Below, piece after piece: positions 10,244-19,272 of a stretch of 19,272 nt of DNA. How positions within the stretch are numbered: position 1 is the first letter of the stretch; each line of letters begins with the position of its first letter. Both the position numbers and the translations under genes were made by a program. Source of the DNA: Octopus sinensis (lineage: Eukaryota); the NCBI RefSeq assembly GCF_006345805.1, contig NW_021824272.1, positions 1-19,272 on the forward strand, read 5' to 3'. The notes beneath the pieces were generated by a model, which was not told the DNA's origin, did no database searches, and was given only the letters and a program-made list of their open reading frames with translations.

Positions 10244-10433
10244 TTCATTCTAGGCAAGGAATTCCACTAATTATAAGAGGAAGGGTCCATTGTCGATTCT
10301 ATTGACTTCAGTATTTTGTTGGTACTTTATTTTATCAAACCCGATGGGATTTGAACTCGGAATGTAAAGATCCATATCTAACGTGCATACAAAGCATTCG
10401 TCTCATATTCTGACGTTTCTGACCATTCTGCCG
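10244..10433 (-). mobile_element. tRNA-derived SINE, family B, degenerate copy
   Basis: B box GAGTTCAAATCCC on the minus strand (10346-10358). The + strand order ctaggcaagg..gtcgatt..ggtactttattttatc..gatttgaactc.gaa.gtaaaga..aagcatt..ttctgcc follows a second octopus SINE that I recognise from memory, with an internal deletion. Confidence 0.7.
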
Positions 10434-10474
10434 GACAATCATTCTTTGATAGTATTATCAATAAACAATAAGGG

Positions 10475-10888
10475 ATGACGATGAAGATGGTGGGGTGGGG
10501 TTCATAGTGGTGGGAAGGGATGATGATAATGATGATCATTATCATCATCATCATCATCATGGTGAAATTGTAATCTACACCATTCTTGCTATTAACCGCC
10601 ACGTTCTCTTTCTCTTCTTCCCCTTCTTCATCATCATCATCATCACCACCACCACCACCATCATCATCAGCATCATCATCATCACCACTACCACCACCAA
10701 CACCACTATCACAATCATCACCATCATAATCATCATCATCACCACCATTATCATCATAATCATCATCATCATCAACATCATCATCATCATCACTACCACT
10801 ACCACCTCCACCACCATCATCACATCACCATCACCATCATCAACATCATCATCACCAACACTACCACTACCACCACCACCACTACCAC

Positions 10889-10923
<35 letters not shown>

Positions 10924-11525
10924 CCAGTATCATCATCACCATCATCACCATCATCATCCCCAGTATCATCATCACCATCATCACCATCATCATCACCATC
11001 ATCATCACCATCATCACCATCATCATCACCATCATCATCATGATTATCGTGATCGCCGCCGTCGTCGTCACTATCGTTATATAATCAACTCAATAATCGT
11101 CATCGTCACCGTTTTTGTTGTTGTTGTTGTCAGTATAGGTTATATAATTCTCAACATCATCAGCATCTTCCCTATCGCTGCCATTATCCTCCTCTTCCAC
11201 CTCCTCATCATCATCATTGTCGACGGCGTCGTCGTCAACATCGCCACAACCGCCACCATCACCACCATCATCAGCATCATCACCACCATCATCAATGTCG
11301 TCGTCGTCATCATCATCATCACCACCACTACCACCACCACCAACACCACCACAACCACCATCATCATCCGCTTCGTTATTGCCATGTTTTATTAATAATA
11401 CGAAGTCTGCTTCCCTCCCTTATTCTCCCCAACACCTCATCAACACAACCGCCACCACTACCATCATCAATATCATTACCATCATCAACACCACCACCAC
11501 CTCTACGGCCATGACCACCACCGCA
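10475..11525. repeat. Large mosaic (CAT/CAC/CGT)n triplet repeat field
   Basis: About 1 kb of cat/cac/gtc triplets, including a 36-nt internal duplication (ccccagtatcatc at 10922 and 10958). Explains the ORFs between 10378 and 11567. Confidence 0.95.
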
Positions 11526-11635
11526 TCACTCCGTTTCGTGCGCCATATTGCCGCTTTTCATTGCTAAAAGCCAAACGTACTCCTTTTGTCACTATAATAT
11601 GGGTACCGACTACAAAAGCACCTTATTTTCTGTGC

Positions 11636-11644
11636 ACATATACA

Positions 11645-11728
<84 letters not shown>

Positions 11729-12445
11729 CATACACAAACTTACACGCATATACAGAGACACAAGTTCAGATATGTTGACAGCTACGCGTTAACAAATGCG
11801 TATACATACATACACATATATACAAATATGTACGCATTCTTAGACACAAGTACATGTGTAACATACATACATGTGTGTGTGTGTGTGTGTGAACTGCACA
11901 CGTATAGGCAAACATACAAGCATAGATATACTCATACCAACAAACACATACGCATAGACATGTCATAGAGAAGTATACACATGTAGAAAGACGGAAGAGT
12001 GGCGGGAAGAGAGAAGATAAGAGAGAGTATTAAAAAGGTAACCAGAGAGAGAGAGGAGAGAGAGAGAGCGAGGAAGAGAGAGAAGGAGGAAGAGAGATTA
12101 TGAGAAAGTGGGTGACAGAGAGAGTGCAAAGAATAGGATGCTAGACAGACGGAGGGATCAAGATTCGGAGAAAGGGGGTATGTGATACAAGGAGAGATAG
12201 TAATCGGAAAAAGAGAGAGAGTGGAAGAGAGGGAGAGAGAAAAGGAGGGATAGGTAGAGGCAGAGACAGAGGTCGATAATGGTGAATTCCAGAGAAATGA
12301 GCGAGTATTAGAAGGAGTGAAAGAGAGAGGGAGAGAGGGAGGTGGGGAGACAATAACACGGAGAAGGGGAGAAAAAGAGCGAAGAGGGGAGACAGAAAAA
12401 GAGAGACACATAGATAAAGGTATATACATGTGTTTGTATACATAC

Positions 12446-12483
<38 letters not shown>

Positions 12484-12890
12484 TCATACATAAGTATATA
12501 CGCTTTCAATTATACACACACATATTTATATATATATATATACATATACATACATACATACATACATATATATATGATAGGGAGAGAGAAAGGGAGAGGA
12601 AGAGACCACCAGAGAAACAGAGAGAAAAACATAAAGATGTATATATATATATATATCATATTATAATATATTATATATTATATCATATATTATATATGCA
12701 TTATGTGTATCTGCCTATATAGATATATACACACGCACACACACACATAAATATATACATAAATATATACATATATATATATATATATATACGGTGAGAG
12801 GGAGAGATTGTTAGTGAAAAAGAGAGAGAGTGTGTGGAGCGGAGGAAGGGATAGTGGGGTGAGGGTGAGTTAGAGAGAGGCTGGGTCGGT
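11636..12890. repeat. Consecutive (CA)n, purine-rich (AG)n and (TA/CATA)n tracts
   Basis: (CA)n and derivatives 11636-11990, A/G-rich tract 11990-12420, (TA/CATA)n 12420-12790 with an AG insert, AG-rich again to 12890. Confidence 0.9.
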
Positions 12891-13094
12891 TAGAAGACCC
12901 TCATAAAGCAAGGCCTTTCACAAGATTACGTGCAATGCAATTTGTTAGGCGCTGAGAAACAATAATGGCGGATCCACTTTGATTTTACAACGGACATCTC
13001 AGCGGCAGCAAATTAATGACTGGTTTTCATTAGCTTTAATAGTGTACAGAGTCAATCTAATGAATTACGGGTTTTTATTGTTCTACTTCAATCG

Positions 13095-13400
13095 CCACCA
13101 CTACCATCACTGGCAGCGCCCATACCACTGCCGCCGCAGCCAGTAAAAACACCAACGCCGATGCCATAAGCGTAGTAGCTGAATCGTCATCATCACCGTC
13201 ATCAGCATCATCAACATCATCACTGCCATTATTAAAACTACAACAAGAGTCAGTGTTCGCCAGTAACACCACCACCATCACAACCACTACCACCACCACC
13301 ACCTCTATCTCCACCGCTACCATCACCATTACCACATTCTTCACCGTGATAATGGTGACTGGTGACATTACTACCCTATTCTATCACCAATATCACTATG
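13095..13400. repeat. Degenerate (CAC/CAT)n triplet tract
   Basis: Read directly. Explains ORF 13075..13368. Confidence 0.85.
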
Positions 13401-13449
13401 TCAACACGCGATACGTACCTATATAAATACTACAGGTAATGATTCGGAT

Positions 13450-13648
13450 CATATATGTGTGTGTGTGTGTGTGTATACATGCATATATATATATACATAT
13501 ATATACATACATATATAGATACATACATACATATATATATATAAACATACATATATATATACATATATATATATATATTATATATACATATATATATATA
13601 CATATATATATATACACATAGAGATATGTGTATATGTGTGTGTGTGTT

Positions 13649-13720
<72 letters not shown>
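13450..13720. repeat. (TG)n-(TA)n-(TG)n microsatellite
   Basis: Read directly. Confidence 0.95.
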
Positions 13721-13722
<2 letters not shown>

Positions 13723-13877
13723 CTGAATCGGGATATTTTAATAATCGGGAAACCAATTAAAATATCTGAAACAGCTGTAGCGAACCTTAACCCGTTGTGA
13801 GAGTGTATTGACCTCTCTCTCTATATATATATGTATATATATAATATATATATTATATATATATAGTATGTATATAT

Positions 13878-13972
13878 AGGGAGAATTCACGAAAAAAACA
13901 CAAGACGAAGACAGGTGGTGTAGAAAACAAAAAGATGTATTAGTATAACGCTCGGGAATTGAAAAAGTCTTT
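13878..13972. repeat. Fragment of an octopus interspersed repeat (class uncertain, possibly Penelope-like)
   Basis: gggagaattcacgaaaaaaacacaagacgaagacaggtggtgtagaaaacaaaaagatgtattagtataacgctc lies between two (TA)n runs and resembles, from memory, an abundant octopus repeat. Single copy in this window. Confidence 0.4.
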
Positions 13973-14112
13973 TATATTTTTATATATATATATATATATA
14001 TAAAGAGAGAGAAAGAGAGAGAGAGAGGAGGAGGGGAGAGACAGAGACGTCAATACACTCACACACAGTGACACCTAAATGCACAGATACATACATATAT
14101 ATATATATATAT

Positions 14113-17100
14113 CCTTAAAAAAAATGTTTTAGCCCGAAGGCCGCGGCCATGCTGGGGCACCACCGCTGAATGAGCCACACTAGTTTGTGAATCCACCTCT
14201 GATACGTGGCACTTGATCAACAAGGGAGTTCGATGCTGCTGCCCGCATCCGCGTCTCCTGTCGTGAGGTAGGTTCATCTGGGACTTCCAACAAGAAGAGA
14301 TCCAGTTTAGTTTTAAAGAAACCCACATCCACACCATGTAAGTCTCTCAGGCATTTAGGAGGATGTTGAAAGCTGTGGTCCTCTGAAACCCAAGCTGTTG
14401 CAGTATCTGGACCTGTATTTTGATGGTGATGTTGGAATCCTTGGCACCACGCAGCGGCGCCCCGTTCTGCGGTTGGAGTAACTTGAATGCCAAAGTTTGG
14501 GATAAGACCCTCCAGGATTTTCCAGATGTATATTACTGCATATCTCTCCCGCCTCCGCTCCAGGGAGAAGAGGTTTAATACCTTCAGTCTTTCCCAGTAG
14601 CTGACATTTTGCATTGAGACGATTTTCTTGTGTAGCTTCTCTGAGTTGCTTCGAGTTCTGCTGTTTGTTTTATATTGTGTGGTGACCAAAAGTTGGGAGC
14701 AGTAGTCCAAGCGGCTGAGGACAAATGTTTTCCATAGGACCATCAGTGTCTCTTCTCTCTTGTTCTGAAAGTTCGGAGAATCCATCCAGCTAGCCGTCTG
14801 CATTTATCACCAGATTAGCAATATGCATTTGGAAAGATGCATCATTGCTCATGTCAATGCCCAGGTCACGCACTGATTTGACTCAGGGATTGCAATTCTT
14901 CCTGGGCCAGTGTATCCAGTCTTCACGTCATTTACCTTGTGTGCCAGTAGCGCAGGGCCTGGAACTTACCTGCATTAAACTGCATGTTGTTGTCCTCAGC
15001 CCACCTGTATATTGTGTCCAGCTCATGTTGCAGATGCGCAATATTTTCAGGGTTCTGTATTGCGTGGGAGACCTTTGTGTCATCTGCATAGCTAGCAAGG
15101 GTGGTCATCGTAGCAACTGAAGGCATGTCTGAAAGGGCCACTATGAACATCAGTGGCCCCAAGACAGTGCCCTGTGGGACACCGCTTGTTATTTGCGTTT
15201 CCCTGGAGGTGGCTCCATTGCTCACAACTGCCTGTTTTCTGTCTTTTAGGAATTGTGCAGCCACTCCCAAGTTTCCCGCCTATGCCGAGACCACGCAGTT
15301 TGTGACAGATCATACCATGGTCGACTTTATCAAAGGCTTTTGCAAAGTCAAGATATATTACATCCACATTTGAGCCATTTAGTAGCTGTTTCAACACCCA
15401 GTCATAGTGCTGCAGGAGCTGTGTTAGGCAGCCTCTACCTGGTCGAAATCCATGCTGGGTGTCAGACAGTAAGTCATTTTCTTCAAGGAACATGATTAGT
15501 TTCTTACGGACTATTCGTTCCATGACTTTGCTGATGTGTGAGGTCAGAGAGATAGGCCTATAATTTTTAGCATCTGCTCTGCTACCTCCCTTATGGATAG
15601 GGCATATTACCCCCTCTTTCAGTTTGACTGGGAGCTTACCACTTGCAAGAAAGCTCTGAAAAAGAAGCTGTAGCGGTTTTGCAAGGCTCGTTTGCACGAT
15701 TTGAGAAGGATCGCTGGGAATCCATCAGGTCCAGCAGCTGAGTTTGTGTCATCTCATCAATGGCTAGTGTGATATCATCTTCTTCGATGTTGATGTACTC
15801 AATTTTTGTCTCTTTGGCCGCTGGTAAAGTGGCAAAGAATTCTTCTGGGTTGTTTACTTGCCTGTGTCCTAGAGGTGTAGTGAACACACTTTGGAACTGT
15901 TCGTTCAGTATTTCACTTATCCTCGTGGGATTTCCTGTGAGAGAGCCATCTTTTTGGAAGAGAGGTCCTATTCTCTGGTGCACTGTGGCTGTCTCTTTGG
16001 CAAACTTAAAGAAAGCTTTAGGGTTTGATTTTATATTTTCTATTATTACCCAAGCTTCTTATCTGCTCTCTCCTTTTCATGGGACTGATGTAGACTTTTC
16101 TCAGTTTCCATTAGCATTCTTTCGAGCCGAGACTTCTCACCACTTTGGTGCTTGCTCAGGCGGTTTGCAATCCTTGTCCGTCGTCTCATAAGAATCCTCC
16201 TTTCTCTAGGGATCCTGTTTTATTCTTGTGTGTGCTGGCCCTGCACATTGGGACATATTTGTCACATATGGCTTGTATTATGGACATGAAGTGTTTGTGT
16301 TTCATGTTTATGTCCGGTGTGGAGAGACATTCAGGCCAATCCTGTTTGAGGATCTCTTTCTCAATCGACTTCCAGTTGGCTTTATGAAAGTTTAAGTTGG
16401 AGAGATGGTGGGTGCTTCGTATAGGCTGTGTGTCTGCGGGGGCTTTTGTTCCATACATAGACAGCTCTATTATGTTGTGATCCGAGATCATTGTCGGCAT
16501 CACATTAACATTATGGATAATATCCATATTGTTTGTAAAGCAGAGATCCAGTATATTATCTGCCCTTGTTGGTTGCAGAAACTATTTGCTCCATGAAAGA
16601 GGTATTGTGAGATGGAGCAGGGACTCCACCTGTGCCTGCTGATGGTGTGTCATCCCTGGGAGCATCTGCCCCCCAGGCCATTCCACATGGGGAGGTTAAA
16701 GTCACCCATGAAGAATACACTGTGTGCTGTTCAAGGTTGGTGAGGACTTCTCCTATTTTTGTTAGGCAGTCTCAAAACATGCCTGAGTGTTTGGGGCGTC
16801 TGGTGGGCGATATGTAGTGCATATGACGATATTCAGTTGTCTTATGTGTACAATTTGAGTTCACATACTGAGTTTGAATATGACAGCAGGACCTGGGGGT
16901 GAGGTCATCTCGGATGTACATTGCAACTCCACCATGGCTCCTCCCTTTTCTATCTGTGCGTATGACTGCATATGCGGCATGTGTATTTCTGCATCACCTA
17001 TATCGGGTCAAGATGCGTTTGTGAGTGCCATGCATATAGCTTGATTGCATGTCACAAGGTCTCTCAGGAATGAAATTTTCTTTTTACAGTTTCCGCGCAG

Positions 17101-17137
17101 CAGCCCTCCTACATTCAGTAGAAATATTTTTGTGGTG
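14113..17137 (-). mobile_element. CR1-clade LINE: complete ORF2 region plus 3' UTR, no ORF1
   Basis: APE motifs LLNVGGL, RTDR..SHGGVAMYI, TYRPP, MGDFN (GDFN 16695-16706), LDLCFTN, SDH (16477-16485). CR1 linker IGPL..SEILNEQFQSVFT. RT motifs NYRPISLTSHISKVMERIV, QHGFR, YLDFAKAFDKVDH, SGVPQGTVLGP, YADD (15079-15090). C-terminus SLERRRERY..FKTKLDLFL..VPDEP..SNSLVDQ, stop at 14180-14182. 3' UTR of about 65 nt with hairpins. Flanked by (TA)n on both sides. Confidence 0.96.
14180..17137 (-). pseudogene. LINE ORF2 (APE endonuclease plus reverse transcriptase), about 990 codons when frameshifts are repaired
   Basis: Track ORFs 17008..17313, 16186..16527, 15636..15983, 15092..15697, 14932..15270 and 14180..14803 are consecutive pieces of one protein joined by about 25 small indels. 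Confidence 0.9.
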
Positions 17138-17161
17138 TATATATATATATAAAGAGAGAGA

Positions 17162-17185
17162 AGACAGACAAACAAACAAACAAGC

Positions 17186-17283
<98 letters not shown>

Positions 17284-17303
17284 GTAGATAGATAGATAGA
17301 TAG
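17162..17303. repeat. (AAAC)n-(AGAC)n-(AGAT)n compound tetranucleotide microsatellite
   Basis: Read directly. Confidence 0.97.
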
Positions 17304-17622
17304 CTATTTCCATGGATAGATGGTGGGGTATTTACTGGTGCATTTATTTATTTCTTCTCTTTGTCACTGACTGAATGTCACCACACAGGTGCGATGTTGC
17401 TGTGATCACTTCACCTGACAACAAATCGTCAATATTTCTTGTGTTAAGTGACATCTAACACCTAACAATAATAGTACACCTCTCTCCATACGATGTGTTT
17501 TGCCGTTGAAGACATACAGCAAGCCATGAAAACACTTGTAATAATGCCTGCCATTACCTGATTAATAAAAGAAATATTGACATTACATACACACACACCC
17601 ATACACACACGCACATATATAT

Positions 17623-17846
17623 ACTCTCTTTTACTCTTTTACTCTTTTACTCTTACTTGTTTCAGTCATTTGACTGCGGCCATGCTGGAGCACCGCCTTT
17701 AGTCGAGCAAATCGACCCCGGGACTTATTCTTTGTAAGCCCAGTACTTATTCTATCGGTCTCTTTTGCCGAACCGCTAAGTGACGGGGACGTAAACACAC
17801 CAGCATCGGTTGTCAAGCAATGCTAGGGGGACAAACACACACACAT

Positions 17847-17877
<31 letters not shown>

Positions 17878-18050
17878 CATATATACGACAGGCTTCTTTC
17901 AGTTTCCGTCTACCAAATCCACTCACAAGGCATTGGTCGGCCCGGGGCTATAGCAGAAGACACTTGCCCAAGATGCCACGCAGTGGGACTGAACCCGGAG
18001 CCATGTGGTTGGTTAGCAAGCTACTTACCACACAGCCACTCCTGCGCCTA
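17623..18050 (-). mobile_element. tRNA-derived SINE, family A, best-preserved full-length copy
   Basis: Minus strand: A box TGGCTGTGTGG (18028-18038), B box GGTTCAGTCCC (17985-17995), CORE-like TCTTGGGCAAGTG, internal CA/TA microsatellite (about 17833-17885), 3' body, LINE-like hairpins (17658-17697), tail of AAAAGAGT repeats (17623-17654). Confidence 0.95.
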
Positions 18051-18085
18051 TATATACATATATATATTTACAAATACATATACAA

Positions 18086-18086
<1 letters not shown>

Positions 18087-18167
<81 letters not shown>
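18087..18167. repeat. Perfect (TG)n microsatellite
   Basis: About 40 units. Confidence 0.97.
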
Positions 18168-18169
<2 letters not shown>

Positions 18170-18338
18170 CAGAGAAAGAAAACGGAGAAACTGGTGTATA
18201 GACATAAATTTATTTGAACATATTCAGTTCTGTACAATATCAAATTCCTTGCTCCTACAGCTGTTTCCATGCCCAATTAATTTAATTTGACGAATCAAAT
18301 TAAATTCAAATTTAATTGAATTTATATATATATATTAT

Positions 18339-18381
<43 letters not shown>

Positions 18382-19057
18382 CGAGGGGGAATCAAAAAGT
18401 AATGCCGTTTTCTTTATTTATTTCATGTGAAGTTTTTGATAAAAATAACTGAAAATTTTCCCAGTTATAAATGATTATATCATTCACGTTCTGAAATATT
18501 TTGTTTCTTACTTTTCAGGTTTTTAGGCTGGTAAGGAAAATTCAAAATGGCTGCCCCCTCAGAGTTACGTCAAAAGCAAGCAAAGAGAGCAGTGATTGAA
18601 TTTCTTATTGCTGATAGGTAAACGCTTGTGAACATTCACCAACGATTACAAAATGTCTTTAAGGACAATACTTTAGATTATAGCAATGTACGCAGATGAA
18701 AAGGTGGGAACTGTGAGTGTGACCGATAAACCCCGTTCTGGCCGTCCGTCCGCTTCTCTGAATCCTGCCAATAAAACAAAAGCAGATGCTCTGATCAGAG
18801 AAGACAAGCACATAACTCTTGATGAGTTGGCAGAAAACTTTGAAGTGGGCCATGGAAGTGCTTAAAACATTGTCGAATCACTTGGCTTTTCAAAAGTATG
18901 TGCCCGTTGGGTACTGAGAGAGCTGACTACCAAACGCAAGACTGACCGCATCCTTCATGCTCACTAGATTTAGCGCCTTCAGATTATCATCTCTTCGGCA
19001 CCATGAAAGAGGGTTTGAGAGGCAAACATTATTCTAGTGACGAGGAAGTGAAAACCG
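18382..19057 (+). mobile_element. Mariner (Tc1/mariner) DNA transposon, internally deleted, 3' end missing
   Basis: TA followed by a 5' TIR-like CGAGGGGGAATCAAAAAGTAATGCC (18382-18406). Transposase relic from ATG 18547: KRAVIEFL..NIHQRLQNV, DKPRSGRP, IREDKHITLDELA, LGFSKVCARWVLREL (WVLREL 18908-18925), HPSCSLDLAPSDYHLFG (from 18949), LRGKHYSSDEEVK. In-frame stops present. No matching 3' TIR downstream. Confidence 0.93.
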
Positions 19058-19272
19058 TATATCTATATAGTAGTGTTTGGTTTACGTATTCCACTTGATG
19101 TATGAAGACGATCGATAGGCTAGTTAATTGACATTTATCCTAAAATAAAAACCCTTATTGTGTTTTTAACACTAATCATGGAGGGTCGTGGGTCGCTTGA
19201 CCAGAACGAGAGGAAAATAGTGAAAGCTGAGAGAAATATTTTCTTTGAAAAGAGAAAAGATAGAAGAGAGAG

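Noticed and set aside
13878-13972. Possible Penelope-associated hammerhead ribozyme
   Set aside because: The fragment ends at aagtctttt before any GAAAC-containing segment, so no catalytic core is present in this copy.
14845-16817. Plus-strand ORFs overlapping the LINE (for example 15760..16191, 15101..15373)
   Set aside because: They are antisense shadows of the LINE ORF2 with no independent protein motifs.
17975-18050. tRNA gene
   Set aside because: A and B boxes are present, but no complete cloverleaf forms and the sequence continues into the SINE body shared by three copies.
18543-18555. YY1-like CAAAATGGCTGCC
   Set aside because: It is simply the mariner transposase start codon context.

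Overview
Eukaryotic non-genic or intronic DNA, very probably from an octopus (inferred from the SINE families, recognised from memory, and the extreme microsatellite load). About one third of the window is simple repeats, and these explain most long ORFs in the supplied track. I found no recognisable host gene, tRNA, rRNA or CRISPR array. Mobile elements account for the interpretable sequence: (1) a CR1-clade LINE on the minus strand (14113-17137) spanning essentially all of ORF2 (APE endonuclease plus reverse transcriptase); (2) a decayed Tx1/L1-type LINE on the plus strand (about 7900-9722); (3) three copies of one tRNA-derived SINE family and one copy of a second family, all on the minus strand; (4) an internally deleted mariner transposon (18382-19057). 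Two observations stand out. First, the last 40 nt of the SINE body align without gaps to the 3' UTR of the CR1 LINE (30/40 identical) and keep two hairpins with a compensatory base-pair change, so a SINE and its probable partner LINE are both visible here. Second, the CR1 ORF2 is broken by about 25 frameshifts, nearly all explainable as 1-nt homopolymer length changes, with no nonsense codon in the repaired frame. This points to assembly error hiding a young, possibly intact element. Several small islands of unique sequence carry candidate regulatory motifs and palindromes, reported at low confidence.
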